In this document: positions 47,035 through 60,505 of the stretch, piece after piece | Layout of the letters: the number at the start of each line of letters is the position of its first letter | How positions within the stretch are numbered: position 1 is the stretch's first letter | Assembly (NCBI GenBank): GCA_964016885.1 | Contig: CAXHJY010000159.1 | Coordinates: 1-64,000 of the forward strand | DNA: 64,000 nucleotides | Reading direction: 5' to 3' | Source: Eledone cirrhosa | Taxonomy: Eukaryota | The notes under the pieces: model-generated | The model's database searches: none | The model's input: only the letters and a program-made list of their open reading frames with translations | Told to the model about the DNA's origin: nothing | Translations under genes and position numbers: made by a program

Positions 47035-47270
47035 ATGCCCATGCTGGAGCATCACCTTGGTAGGTTGTGGGGACGTCAACAAACCAACAAGCATTAGTGG
47101 GAGGGCAAACCCAAACGCAAAGACACACACAGTCATATATACATATATACGACGGGCTTCTTTTAGTTTCGGTCTATCAACTCCACTCACAGGACTTTGG
47201 TTAGCCCGGGCAGTGGGACTGAACCCGGAAATATGTGGTTGGGAAGCAAGCTTCTTGTCACACTGCGCAT
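47035..47270 (-). mobile_element. CORE-SINE family C fragment
   Basis: Minus strand AAGAAGCTTGCTTCCCAACCACATATTTCCGGGTTCAGTCCCACTG...GAAACTAAAAGAAGCCCGTCGTATAT. Confidence 0.78.
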
Positions 47271-47314
47271 ATATATAAAAGAAGAAATTAAAAGATGGTT
47301 AAAGAAGTTCCATA

Positions 47315-47384
47315 TATTTTATTATGCGCATTTCGAAAACAACATCATCCTGCGACAAAAATTGTGTTCTCATCAGATAAAATA
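47315..47384 (-). ncRNA. Type I hammerhead ribozyme, intact core
   Basis: TATTTTAT-CTGATGA-GAACACAAT...GTTGTTTTC-GAAA-TGCGCA-TA-ATAAAATA. Confidence 0.85.
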
Positions 47385-47750
47385 ATGTAACATGATATGA
47401 GGCCTAAAAACACTTGTCAACAGGAGAGTGAAAAACCTACATATGACAGAAAATATAAGAATAAAAAAAAGATAGGAAAATAGATAAAAAAGGAAAGAAG
47501 AAGGAGAAAAAGGAAAAAGAAAAAAGAAAAAAGAAAGAAGGAAGAGAGAGAAAGAGAAAGAGAGAGAGAGAGACTTTTGATCAGGAACGCTTTTAATTTC
47601 TTCTTTAATATATACTCTAATTTAATATATAACCATCTTTTAATTTCTTCTTTAATATATACTCCATATATACTCCAGTTCTACCAACTGTTGAGTGCTA
47701 CTTATCTGATATATGCATAGTTTTATTGTTCTACAACATTACTCACCTTC

Positions 47751-47856
<106 letters not shown>

Positions 47857-47912
47857 ACTGGAAGGTAATATCCGTAGTGGTAGAGCACTCAGTCCATGGG
47901 ACGAGTTAAGTG

Positions 47913-48046
47913 GAAGTGGTAATACAACAGTTAGTTCGCCATACCGAGAACAATTGTTTCACCTTAGCGGATATTACGAGGTGAGGATCCGCTAAGGTGA
48001 AACAATTGTTCTCGGTATGGTGAACTAACTGTTGTGTTACCACTTC
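47913..48046. repeat. 60-bp inverted repeat with near-intact HHR (47977-48014, plus strand)
   Basis: CGAG-GTGAGGA-tccgctaaggt-GAAA-CAATTG-TT-CTCG (C3 mutated to G). Arms 47913-47972 vs 47987-48046. Confidence 0.8.
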
Positions 48047-48050
48047 TATG

Positions 48051-48124
<74 letters not shown>

Positions 48125-48607
48125 CAAATTAACAATGAAAATAAAAAGAACAAAGTCAAGTTACTTTATAACTTTGTTTTTATTTTGTTGTTTTTATTTT
48201 TATTGTTAATTTAATACCTAATATCTGACTCTGTATCTAAAGAGTTAATTCAGCGAAACACAGAACTTCTCTTTGGATTTTAGAAGATTACATTGAGTTC
48301 TATCTACGGTATGGACCCTACACCCTACCAGAGGTAGACCGAACTGAAAAAAGAAAATATATATATATATGTGTGTGTGTGTATAATATATATATATATA
48401 TATATATATATTTCGTTTCTGAATTTATTTAGCAAGATTCTTTATCTGAAAATGTGTGTTGAAACCGATATTGTTATGCTTTGGGAGGGTCATGTTGCCA
48501 ATAAGAAACACACGCACCAGTTGCTTTCAATTCAATTTAATATAAATTAAATCTATAAATTTCCGGTTGGTTGGTTGGTTCCACAACCAGACGATTGTTC
48601 ATATATT

Positions 48608-48650
48608 GTCAAAGTTCTTTCGTCACACATTCTGTGACCTCTTCAGTGAC
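48608..48650 (-). ncRNA. Minimal type I hammerhead ribozyme in a PLE pLTR
   Basis: GTCA-CTGAAGA-g-GTCACA-gaatg-TGTGAC-GAAA-G-AA-C-T-T-TGAC. Confidence 0.8.
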
Positions 48651-49964
48651 TGGGGATTCTTTTCTTTGTTTTTGTGCCGCTCCTTTGTTCTGTCCTACGC
48701 CATCTTGTTTTTGTGTGTTGTGTGCTTAGTTTGCGCATGTGTTACGTCCGGGTGTCTGTGTGTGTTTATATTTGTTTATTTATTTGTTTATTTACATGTT
48801 ACTGGTTGGTTGTTTGTTCTATGTGTGTGTGTTTTCATTTTGTCCTTAATTGTAAGTTGTGATGTTGCTATTCAATTCATGTTTTCTATTTAATTTTGGT
48901 TGGAGTTCATTTATGTTTATTGCCTCTGTGATTTATCTAAACATTGCGTCTTTTCTGCGTGTAAATTCTATTTTTATTTCTATGTTCTCTAATTTACCCT
49001 TATGTTCTATTTTAGCATGTTGGTGGAGTACAGATGATTCTTTACTATCTTGAAGCTCTCGCCAGTGATCATTTATCCGTTCTCCTATACTACGAGCTGT
49101 CTCACCTATGTACACTATATTCTTATCTCTACATTGTCCTTCAGTACATCTTATGCTATATACTACATTTCTAGTTTTACAGTTAATATGGGGGCTTAGT
49201 TTACAGATTATACATTTCTTATCTATACAGGGAGGTCTTTGAAAAGGGTATGTATTGCTAATAAGTGTTTTTATGGAGGTACCTGGTCTTTCTACTATCT
49301 TAATATTGCGTTTATGTTTATCTAGGGCCCTTCTAAATTTGTAAGCTAATTCACCTCTAGGGGTTGTATTGATGAACATTACACTCTGGTATTTATTGCT
49401 ATCATACCATGAGTTTATTCTATTAACCTTATTCCTAGTTCTTTCTATTCTATTCCAAAATTTGCTCCTATACAAGGGGGGGGGGGGTCCCATTTGTATC
49501 ATTATTTACCATTTTTTTCCCATTTGGTTCTGGCTCCTCTATATACTCTGGTTTTATCTCTCTGATTGTAACCAGAGAACTGCATACGGTGGATGAAGTG
49601 TTGTATGTGTCTCTCTAGTTCTTTGGGGTTGCACATGCGGGACACGTTTCTCATCACCCGTACCAAATCCGCAATCCGTATGTTGATTTTGGTGTGGTCC
49701 GAATAAGCTGAGTTTCGGTGGATCAGATATTTGGAAAACCACGATGAACTAAAGAAAATGATTGCACATGCGGTGGGGGCCAGCATAAAATTAACCCTTA
49801 AGGAACATATGTTCAAATTTAATGGAAAAACATATGCCCAAGAGTAAGGGGCAGCCATTGGTGTTAGCATTGCAGGCGACATAGCTAACTTATTCATGGT
49901 ATGGTGGGACAGTAGACTTAAACTTAAACTTAAATAACAATTAGAAGACAGAAACCTCTTAACC

Positions 49965-50897
49965 TTGATAATGTACTCCCGCTACGTTGATGATATAAAG
50001 ATCGTAGTAAAAACACCCCCACTAGAGAACAGTCAGGAATTAGAGAAAAACACCATCGAAAGCATCCAGCAAATAGCTAACTCCATCCACCAGAGAATTA
50101 GAGTTACTATAGACTACCCAAGCAAACACCCCAACCATCGATTACCTGTACTAGACACAGAGCTCTGGTTAGAAACCATTAATAACAAAAAACAAATCCT
50201 CCATTCCCATTATGCCAAACCCATGACTTCCAAATATCGGATTCACCGAAACTCAGCTGTTTCGGACCACACCAAAATCAACATACGGATTGCGGAGTTG
50301 GTACGGGTGATGAGAAACGTGTCCCGCATGTGCAACCCCAAAGAACTAGAGAGACACATACAACACTTCATCCACCGTATGCAGTTCTCTGGTGACAATC
50401 AGAGAGATAAAATCAGAGTATATAGAGGAGCCAGAACCAAATGGGAAAAAATGGTAAATAATGATACAAATGGGACCTGCCCCTTGTATAGGAGCAAATT
50501 TTGGAATAGAATAGAAAGAACTAGGAATAAGGCTAATAGAATAAACTCATGGTATGATAGCAATAAATACCAGAGTGTAATGTTCATCAATACAACCCCT
50601 AGAGGTGAATTAGCTTATAAATTTAGAAGGGCCCTAGATAAACATAAACGCAATATTAAGATAGTAGAAAGACCAGGTACCTCCATTAAAACACTTATTA
50701 GCATTACATACCCTTTTCAAAGACCTCCCTGTATAGATAAGAAATATATAATCTGTAAACTAAGCCCCCATATTAACTGTAAAACTAGAAATGTAGTATA
50801 TAGCATAAGATGTACTGAAGGACAATGTAGAGATAAGAATATAGTGTACATAGGTGAGACAGCTCGTAGTATAGGAGAACGCATAAATGAACACTGA
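49965..50897 (+). pseudogene. PLE RT C-terminus plus GIY-YIG endonuclease (5'-truncated, premature stop)
   Basis: ORF track 310 aa: RYVDD, LPVLD, HYAKPM, C..C..C...C, VYIGET. The inverted copy reads through the stop (HWRELQ). Confidence 0.9.
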
Positions 50898-51414
50898 CGA
50901 GAGCTTCAAGATAGTAAAGAATCATCTGTACTCCACCAACATGCTAAAATAGAACATAAGGGTAAATTAGAGAACATAGAAATAAAAATAGAATCTACAC
51001 ACAGAAAAGACGCAATGTTTAGACAAATCACAGAGGCAATAAACATAAATGAACTCCAACCAAACTTAAATAGAAAACATGAATGGAATAGCAACATCAC
51101 AACTTACAATTAAGGACAAAATGAAAACACACACACATAGAACAAACAACCAACCAGTAACATGTAAATAAACAAATAAATAAACAAATATAAACACACA
51201 CAGACACCCGGATGTAACACATGCGCAAACTAAGCGCACAACACACACACAAACAAGATGGCGTAGGACAGAACAAAGGAGCGGCACAAAAACAAAGAAA
51301 AAATTCCCAGTTACTGAAGAGGTCTGTATAAATGCATAGCTATATACATACGTAAATGTATGTATGTATATATGTATGTATATGTACATATACATACATA
51401 CATACATACATACA

Positions 51415-51448
<34 letters not shown>

Positions 51449-51511
51449 CATACATACATACATACATACATACGTAAATGTATGTATGTATATATGTATG
51501 TATATGTACAT

Positions 51512-52150
51512 ATGGTGGCTGCCAACTCGTTTTCGAGTACGGCCACTACTTTACATCCATGTAGGATAACCCCTACCGAAGCGCTGAACGAGTGTGACTT
51601 TTTAGTCCAGCCAGCGACTTGAAACCTCTGGTACAAACACTACACCTGTGACAATCATTGACACATAGTGCTGGGCCCATGGTAGGACAATTATTGACAC
51701 ATAGTGCTGGGCCCATGTGAGGACAAGTGCAGAGAGATCTCCAGATATAAAGCAATGCCTGTGCCGTGAAGCTTTTATAGTGAGCAAAGGCACTGCACAA
51801 AGCCAGTCCCACTCTCTTAACCAAGATGATATTTACCAAAAAGAAGAACAAGTCAACATCATTGGATTACCATCAGGGTTGCAGGTGTTATATCAGAGTT
51901 TTCCTTCTCCTAGAATTCTGCCTTGACAAAGGCTAAGGGGTCATCTCTCCCGGTGATTTTGGATGGCCATTGACTCTTAAGAGCTCCTTTGCCCTTTGAC
52001 AGGTTTTGTTTTTAGTCCTGCAGGATGTCCAAAGTCACCCTCCTCACCAAGAAACCTTGGTGGGGTTGCCAGTTTAGTCGCCAACGACCCGACCATGAGA
52101 CAGGTTGTACTGGGATACATGTTACCAGTAGCACCAACTGGTGACCTGAC
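51512..52150 (-). mobile_element. About 640-bp non-autonomous RTE derivative (5' UTR fused to 3' end) with (ATGT)n tail
   Basis: RTE-like 5' UTR CTAGGAGAAGGAAAACTCTGAT; 3' CSVCTRGFKSLAGLKSH; no RT in between. Confidence 0.75.
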
Positions 52151-52612
52151 ATAACATACATACATACATACATACATAACATACATACATACATACATAC
52201 ATACATACATACATACATAACATACAAACATACATAACATACATACATACATATACATACATACATACATAACATACATACATAACATACATACATACAT
52301 ACATACATACATAACATACATACATACATACATAACATACATACATACATAACATACATACATAACATACATACATACATACATACATACATACATAACA
52401 TAAATACATACATACATACATACATACATACATACATAACATACATAACATACATACATACATACATACATACATAACATACATACATACATAACATACA
52501 TACATACATACATAACATACATACATACATACATAACATACATACATACATAACATACATACATACATACATACATAACATACATAACATACATACATAC
52601 ATAACATACATA

Positions 52613-52830
52613 CATGGCGGCTGCCAACTCGTTTTCGAGTACGGCCACTACTCTATATGTAGGAGAACCCCTACCGATGCGCTGAACGAGTGTGAATTTT
52701 TAGTCCAGCCAGCGACTTGAAAACTCTGTTAGGTACAAACGCTACACTTGTGACAATTATTGACACATAGTGCTGACCAAGATGATATTTACCAAAAAGA
52801 AGAACAAGTCAACATCATTGGATACCATCA
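52613..52830 (-). mobile_element. Second, truncated and internally deleted copy of the RTE derivative
   Basis: Matches 51512-51870 with an internal deletion. Confidence 0.8.
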
Positions 52831-52866
52831 TGTACATATACATACATATATACATACATACATACA

Positions 52867-53426
52867 TCTCATGGTCGGGTCGTTGGCGACTAAACTGGCA
52901 ACCCCACCAAGGTTTCTTGGTAAGGAGGATGACTTTGGACATCCTGCAGGACTAAAAACAAAACCTGTCAAAGGGCAAAGGAGTTCTTAAGAGTCAATGG
53001 CCATCCAAAATCACTGGGAGAGATGACACCTTAGCCTTTGTCAGGGCAGAATTCTAGGAGAAGGAAAACTCTGATTTAACACCTGCAACCCTGATGGTAT
53101 CCAATGATGTTGACTTGTTCTTCTTTTTGGTAAATATCATCTTGGTTAAGAGAGTGGGACTGGCTTTGTGCAGTGCCTTTGCTCACTATAAAAGCGTCAC
53201 GGCACAGGCATTGCTTTATATCTGGAGATCTCTCTGCACTTGTCGTCACATGGTACCATGGGCCCAGCACTATGTGTCAATATTTGTCACAGGTGTAGTG
53301 TTTGTACCAGAGTTTTAAAGTAGCTGGCTGGACTAAAAAGTCACACTCGTTCAGTGCATCGGTAGGGGTTCTCCTACATGGATATAAAGTAGTGGCCGTA
53401 CTCGAAAACGAGTTGGCAGCCACCAT
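52867..53426 (+). mobile_element. Third copy of the RTE derivative, inverted
   Basis: Reverse complement of 51512-52100. Confidence 0.85.
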
Positions 53427-53617
53427 ATGTACATATATACATACATACATTTACGTATGTATATAGCTATGCATTTATACATTTGTATATATACATCCAT
53501 TTAAATTTAAGTGTGTAAGGTTATATATATATATCCTTACACACTTAAATTTAAATGCATGTATCTATACACATGTATAAATGCATAGCTAAATGTATGT
53601 ATGTATATATGTATGTA

Positions 53618-53700
<83 letters not shown>

Positions 53701-53713
53701 GTATGTAGATTTT

Positions 53714-53746
<33 letters not shown>

Positions 53747-53750
53747 GTAG

Positions 53751-53805
<55 letters not shown>

Positions 53806-53808
<3 letters not shown>

Positions 53809-53939
53809 ATTATTATTATGTAATAAACAACATAAGGCAATTATTCCATTTACCAGTGGTTTCTTAAAAGCAAAAGGTTAAGAAACCACTGGTAAATGGA
53901 ATAATTGCCTTATGTTGTTTATTACATAATAATAATAAT
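53806..53939. repeat. Perfect 62-bp-arm palindrome of HHR 3' halves
   Basis: 53806-53867 vs 53878-53939; GAAA-CCACTGG-TA. A related island lies at 18236-18402. Confidence 0.85.
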
Positions 53940-54085
53940 TAAGCTCTGTTGCTTACATAGAGCACTCTTTTTTCCTGGACTTTTCCGATGGAATTACTTC
54001 ATATATATATATATAGGCAAAAGGAAAAACTTGAACCGTTAAGATCTCCTTCCTGGATATGTCAATATTTATAAAACAAATTTTG

Positions 54086-54146
54086 TATTTTATCTGATGA
54101 GGGCGTACCAAAGTTTTGATACCCTTGAAATATATATAATAGAATG
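54086..54146 (+). ncRNA. Type I hammerhead ribozyme, intact core (same family as 42960-43020)
   Basis: TATTTTAT-CTGATGA-gggc-GTACCAAA-gt-TTTGATAC-cctt-GAAA-TATATA-TA-ATAGAATG. Confidence 0.83.
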
Positions 54147-54706
54147 AATATGGTTTTATTAATATAGTTTTCTTTTATTAATATCATTGATATATATATA
54201 TATATATATACATTTACGTATGTATATAGCTTGCATTTATACATTTGAATATATACATGCGTTTATATTTAAGTGTGTAAGGATGTTGACATGATTTATG
54301 TGTTTTTTTGAGGGGGTAAGGAAAAAATTTTGTCTACAGATTTTATTACCTAGGGGGATTAAATACCACAGCTTTTGCTGAAAGCTGACCAGGTTCTCAA
54401 CCTCATCAAACACTAACGCCGGCCTGTGTGTGTATATATATATATATATCTTTACACACTTAAATTTAAATGGATGTATATATACAAATGTATAAATGCA
54501 TAGCTATATACATACGTAAATGTATGTATGTATATATGTACATATACATACATATATACATACATACATTTACGTATGTATATAGCTATGCATTTATACA
54601 GACCTCTTCAGTGACTGGGAATTCTTTTCTTTGTTTTTATGCCTCTCCTTTGTTCTGTCCTACGCCATCTTGTTTTTGTGTGTGTTGTGTGCTTAGTTTG
54701 CGCATG

Positions 54707-54766
<60 letters not shown>

Positions 54767-55603
54767 CGTGTGTGTGTATGTATGTATGTATGTATGTACG
54801 TATACATGTGTGTGTATGTTCGTCTGTATGTATGATGCAATGTCTGTATCATCACCATTGCTTCTTTTTGTTGTCATTTCTGTTGAAGTTGTTCTTGTAA
54901 CTGTTGTGAAAGTTGACGTCCTTATTTTTTTTTTTTTTTTATTTCTTTTGTTTTTCTTTTATCTCCCTAGGGAATTCGTTGACAAGCTTCTTTTATTTAT
55001 TTTCTTCGTTTTCTTCATTCAAATGCATTCACACTGGCTGTCAAAGAGACGTACAAATATGACTTATAAAACTTACCAAACTAAAGAGGCCTCCAGCGCC
55101 CCTCTAGCGCCCCGCAAAGCTTCAAACGCCCCCCTAACGCCCCCTTGCTCCAAAACGCTCGGGGGGGGGGGGGCATGTGCCCCCTGTTGAGAACCTTTGG
55201 TCTAAAGCAACATTTTTCATGGACCTTTAAAATACTACCCTGGACCCCTAATTTGCTATTTTTCTTGCGTGGTCCCTCATGGGGTTATATGGAACCCGGT
55301 TGGTTGCAAACTACTGCATCAGACTAATGCTCAAAATCTATGAAGTTGTCTCCCGTAGTTGCCTAAAATTATTAGAATAAAATGTAAACCGTCTATCATT
55401 AGATAAACGTTTCAGGATGAAGTATACCAGTTGAATTATTATTTCTTCTTGTAAAATAAGTAACAATAGCTAAAGAATAACCTTTGTTTCCTATATTTAT
55501 TTTTAATCAATTAATTTGGCATTAATTTCCTCTATAGACTCTGTTTCAATTATTAAGTCACCTCTTCAGAATGTTTCTGGAAAAGTAATTAAAAAATTGA
55601 CTT

Positions 55604-55812
55604 TTGAATTTGTTTGGAGAGATTTCTTATTTGAAAACGTGTATTGAAACAGATATTGTTATACTTGGGGAGGGTCATGTTGCCAATAAAAACACACGCG
55701 CCGGTTGGTTTTCACTTCAATTTATTATAAATTTCCGGTTGGCTGGTTGGTTGGTTGGTTGGTTGGTTGGTTCGATAACCGGAAGGTTGTTTATATATTG
55801 TCAAAGCTCTTT
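55604..55812 (-). mobile_element. PLE pLTR 3' end fragment
   Basis: Similar to 48420-48620, truncated at the HHR GAAA. Confidence 0.7.
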
Positions 55813-57441
55813 AAAAAATGTTTCCTCTCTTTTTTTGTTTCGGTTGTTTTTTTCTCCCAAGAGTCAATAAAAATATTTGAGAGTCATTTAAAGAATATTC
55901 TGTTTTTTTTTTGTTGTTGTTTTTTTGTGGAGATGGGGGTTAGAAATTATTTGCAGAAATTCCTAAAAGTTAAACTTTAGCTGTAGTCACTCAAATCCCT
56001 GTTAAACCATATTTTATTAGTGTACAGCAGGACATGTTTCCACTCTGCTATATCTGTGTGTAAAATTATCGTTTACTTATATGCTTTTACCTCTCTGCAT
56101 ACCTATTTTTAGTTAGCTTTTTAGTGATCCTTGTATTGAATATAGCGCTAACTTAGTTACTCATGAGGCTGCTATTAAATAGTTTGGTTCAAACATTTAC
56201 AAGATTTTGAGAAATATACTAAAATTGAAATATTGTAACGTCGTTTGACTTTGTATGCAGTCACTGAATAATCTTATAACCAAGTAATCTTATAACAAGT
56301 AATCTTATAACCAATCTTTAGCTCAGATAAACATCAGCTCTGAACTCTTCAAATAAATGCCAATTACAGACCTGTCAATTCTCCCCATTCGACGGGAAGA
56401 TCTCCCACCCACTTTGATGTGGGTGAGAGATATCTTCTCTTGTGAAAATGGGTATAACTTTCATTATGCAAAATCTCCCCCATTTTACCTCATTTCTCCC
56501 CGTTTGGGGGAACTTTTCTTCATGGTACTCCCCGTTTGGTTTTTAGAGGTTGGCAGTCTGCAATTATAGTTGATAGTAGAAGTTAAAAACGTTATAATTC
56601 GGAATCAATCCCATAAAGTTTAAACCTCATCATGTAGAATATTTGTTATACATGAAAATTGAATTGTTTCGGTAATTCGTTTTTTAATCCTTGAAATTGT
56701 TTCCCTTTTCTTTGAAATCGTTATCAATTACTGCTAGGTATTTGTTTTCGACAGAATGCTTTTCTTTTTGCATACATAATTCAGTACATCACCACTTACA
56801 TGAATTATTTAAATTTATGCCATTGCCACACATGAATTATTTCTCTTAGCTCATGTTTTGAAATTATGCAAAGTATACTGGCCAAAGTTTTCCGTAACTT
56901 CTTTTCTACTTGTAACTTTTTAATCAAAGAAGGCTTGTGTAGACTACACTGCTGAAAAATTCTATTAAGACCGAAACATATTTATTGCTGTCACTTTGTC
57001 CGCAGATTTTCTCCTAAGCAGGAACATTCAATTTACCGCGAACTAAAGTTTTTATTTCTTGAAATCATCTACCCTTTTCTTCGAGATAATTTTTAATTCC
57101 AACTAAGAGTTAAATTTCAATATATTGATAAGTGTTTGTGTACGTTATTCAGTACATCATTTTACGTTATTGATACACTAGAATTATTTTTCTTAGCTCC
57201 CGTTTTGTATGTTTTGTTAAAATAACTTAATTAATCATATATCAGTGTTATATTCTATACCATGAAATGTTAATTAACGACTATTATCTGTGTTTAATAG
57301 TCTCAAGAAATTAATTATTTTTGCTAAATATTAATACATTTTTATTTCATTGGTGTAATCATTGATGTGAGATTTCAGAGATGTTGATTCCTTTTTGATG
57401 CGTGTAGTTCTTCAGAAAACCACTCTATCAGATAAAGTATT

Positions 57442-57530
57442 TTAGTCTACGTCAGTAAGATTTCGAGGAAAGAAAGAACTTCTGCGTCCCAAGGAATGAG
57501 GACGTTGTTGAATACGTGGAACGGTTGCAT
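57442..57530 (-). CDS. Putative terminal coding exon of the Kv3/Shaw-like channel
   Basis: Acceptor tttatttcag, phase 1, compatible with the donor at 60343; encodes (D)ATVPRIQQRPHSLGRRSSFFPRNLTDVD*. Confidence 0.55.
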
Positions 57531-57594
57531 CTGAAATAAATACACATTAAATTATCTCTTCATAATGATAAATGAATCAACGTTTGTGTTAAAA

Positions 57595-57755
57595 TGAGGC
57601 GGGAAATTGGCAGAGTCGTTAGAATGTTGGATAGAACACTTTGTAATATTCGTTCCAGCTCTCTTCGTTCTGAGTTCAAATCCCGTCAAGATCAACTTTG
57701 TCTTTGGACTTTCGAGGTCGATAAAAATGTACCAGTCCAGTTGTGAGGTTGATTC
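57595..57755 (+). mobile_element. Decayed SINE family A (intronic)
   Basis: GTTCTGAGTTCAAATCCCGTCAAGATCAACTTTG...GAGGTCGATAAAA. Confidence 0.7.
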
Positions 57756-60343
57756 TTCTTCTATATCTCTTTTTCATATACACTCCCTCTCTATCTCTCT
57801 ATCTCTCTCTCTCTATCACTTTACATACATATATAGCTAACTAAATAGATAGATAGTTGAAAATGAACGAACAATACACAAGAGACATTTGTACACAGTT
57901 ATATTAGGTTCATGCTTGATAGAAGTGGAGGAGGTTTCATCCTTCTCTGGAAGAAATCGGCTGTGTTCAAACCTGGAGGAGGGATGGGCGCCACGAGGTT
58001 TAAAATACCCAAGACACGCCCTATGTCACGTCACTAGGGTGCCCCTATGACTCCACCAGCCGTTACGAGTCCATATATACAAATTGTGAAGATAGCTGTT
58101 TGTAACATAGGCACAAAGTAAGGTAAACATGATTAAATTCAATTTGATAAAATGATTAAATTCAATTTGACTGGTGAACCAGGGAAAGTTTTAACTCAGA
58201 ATGTATAAAAAGACAAATAAATACTAATGAGGATTTTGTTCGACGTTCTAATTCCTCATTCTCCATTGAGAAGATCATAACATTTTAACCATTACGATAA
58301 CTTAACAAAACAATTTCTTGTTGTTTCTTAAGAGGACTAAAATTCTACTTGTTACTGATATTCTGAATATCCTTAACATTGTAAGCACCACATTATAGAA
58401 ATTTACTTTTCTCAATAAAACACAGCAGCTTTAAGCAAACACAAATGATCAACCACAAATATTCATCCTATCTTGCAGGTGAGACACAACCTCTAAGGCT
58501 ATTTCCATAAAAAGTAATCGACCTTATCACAAATCTTTCTTCATAGAAACAACAAAGAAGTTTCTATCTTATCGTTAAGTTAGCTAATGTTGAAGTCATC
58601 TTTCATCGCAAATCTCCTATGTTCTTAATTGGATCGACTTGACAGAATTCACACATTTTGAGGTCGCATAATCCACAATAAAGAAGAAATATCTATGATT
58701 AGAAACATCTATTGAATTCGTCCAATTCCAAAATGATCTGCACAAACTCTGAACATAATCTGTTTTCCATTTTGCAGCACCAAATATTAAAAGGTTGATT
58801 AAATAATTGCACGTTAAGGTTTAATTGTACAAGGTGGAAAATTTCAGAATCCGTAGAGCGTCAAAGTGCCTTATTATTTAATTACGAACCTTTACATCTC
58901 GAATGAATTGAAATCCTGTCAATGTCCACTTTGCCTCTCATCCTTCTGGGATCGATAAAATAAATACTAGCCGAGTAATAAGTTGAAAATAATAGACGGG
59001 TCTCCAGAAATCAATGGGGTTGGTAACCCGTTGATGGCTATTCCTAATCACTGAAAGATCAAGCAACTGACTCTATTTATCAGCATTAGTACGTGAATAG
59101 ATAAATAGTATAGTAGAAGTAAAGTTATACGCAAGTTGATGTAGAGAAAGTGAACTTTCATATTGAATGCATTTTTTAGTTTATGAAATATTTAGTAGAA
59201 TGTATTGGAGAATATAAAGTGTCTGTCAGAAATCGTTAGCCCACACACGTTACTAGTACTATATTATGTCATTTTTATTAACACACTACCTTTGTGGATA
59301 GCCTCCTGTTTGTGTGTCTATTTATCTATAAAACCGCTGATAACTGATAGTAGAGCAACAAAAACATGACAATCTATGACTAGGAATTTCGTTTAATATA
59401 TTTCCAAGAAATGACTTTATGTTATATACAGAAATTAATACAGATGCTATGCTGTTCAATAGCTTCCTCTTGTTGGCCATACGTTTATATCTTGCCTTGA
59501 CAACTACATTTTGTTATTGTATTAGAACATAGCTTAAGCTTGTCTAATCAGATATCTATATTGCACTTCTCTGGAGATTTTATATTCCCATGAGGGAGTT
59601 TTGTCGATGACAATAATTTGAGAAAAAACAGTGTAAACTATTCCCTAAAAACAGTGTAAACAGTGTAAACTATTCCCTAAAAATCAATGATTACCTTTGT
59701 TCGCCAAAGGAACAAAGCAATTGACATTATCTGCATTAGTGCGTGGGAAATGTAGTATAGTATTATTATAAGGACGTAACGTATATACCCATAAAAATAA
59801 AATAAAAACATAAGTAGTATTATCAACATATATGTTACACATTAGATGCTCAGCAAGAACTCAATTATATGAATGTATTATTGATCATAACCATCACACC
59901 ACCTTGTGATTACAAATTGCCTTAGCTAGATAGCTGCATTTAGATATTGAATTCATTTAATCTCAGTTTGAAATCCCAAGTTCGTATAAACACATAGTCA
60001 CATACCAACTAATAGACACACGTTCATTTACCTATGGAGCAACACAACACACGATTTAGCTCTATTCAATAAACAAATTAGAATAATGATTTTCTTCAGA
60101 CAATACGAAATATATTCTATTGCAGCAGATACCAATTCTATATTTTTAATGGCGTTAATAGGCTGCAGACAACTAAAAATGCTAACAGAAAGTGCAACTG
60201 CTCTTCTAATAAATCACAATTATGTTCTTACTATGCATGAGAACAATTAAATATACGTTGTGTAGAAATAATTCTACTCTAATTTAATATTCTAGTAGGA
60301 AAGATACTTAAATACTTTATTAGAATTTGTCTATTTCTATTAC

Positions 60344-60505
60344 CTGAAGTCATTTCAATCTTTTCTGGTAATGGCTGAACGCTGTTTCTCTTCTCTAGAA
60401 TTTTCTTAGAGGACTGCTTTCTGTTAGTTAGATTTTCTTCAGTTCTTTCACCCACTTCATCGACATATATAACACGAATTCCCACCATTTCACTTGAATT
60501 GGCTT
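60344..60505 (-). CDS. Putative 162-bp phase-1/phase-1 coding exon of the Kv3/Shaw-like channel C-terminus
   Basis: Acceptor ttttcttttacag, donor CAG|GTAATA, open frame ANSSEMVGIRVIYVDEVGE...KRNSVQPLPEKIEMTS. Confidence 0.62.

Larger units (their letters stand above)
48412..51324 (+). mobile_element. 5'-truncated Penelope-like element with 1.1-kb inverted duplication
   Basis: Arms 48636-49736 vs 50228-51324. RT motifs G.AIG...IANLFM and YSRYVDD; GIY-YIG NVVYSIRC...VYIGETARSIGERI.EH. Confidence 0.92.

Noticed and set aside
50895-50897. In-frame TGA in the PLE ORF as a selenocysteine codon
   Set aside because: The inverted copy has TGG (Trp) at this position, so it is an ordinary nonsense mutation.
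57899-57972. Possible alternative terminal Kv3 exon (acceptor cctcctccag, GLNTADFFQRR...)
   Set aside because: The region resembles the repeat at 15190-15275, so it is more likely TE-derived; the 57530 exon is the better candidate.
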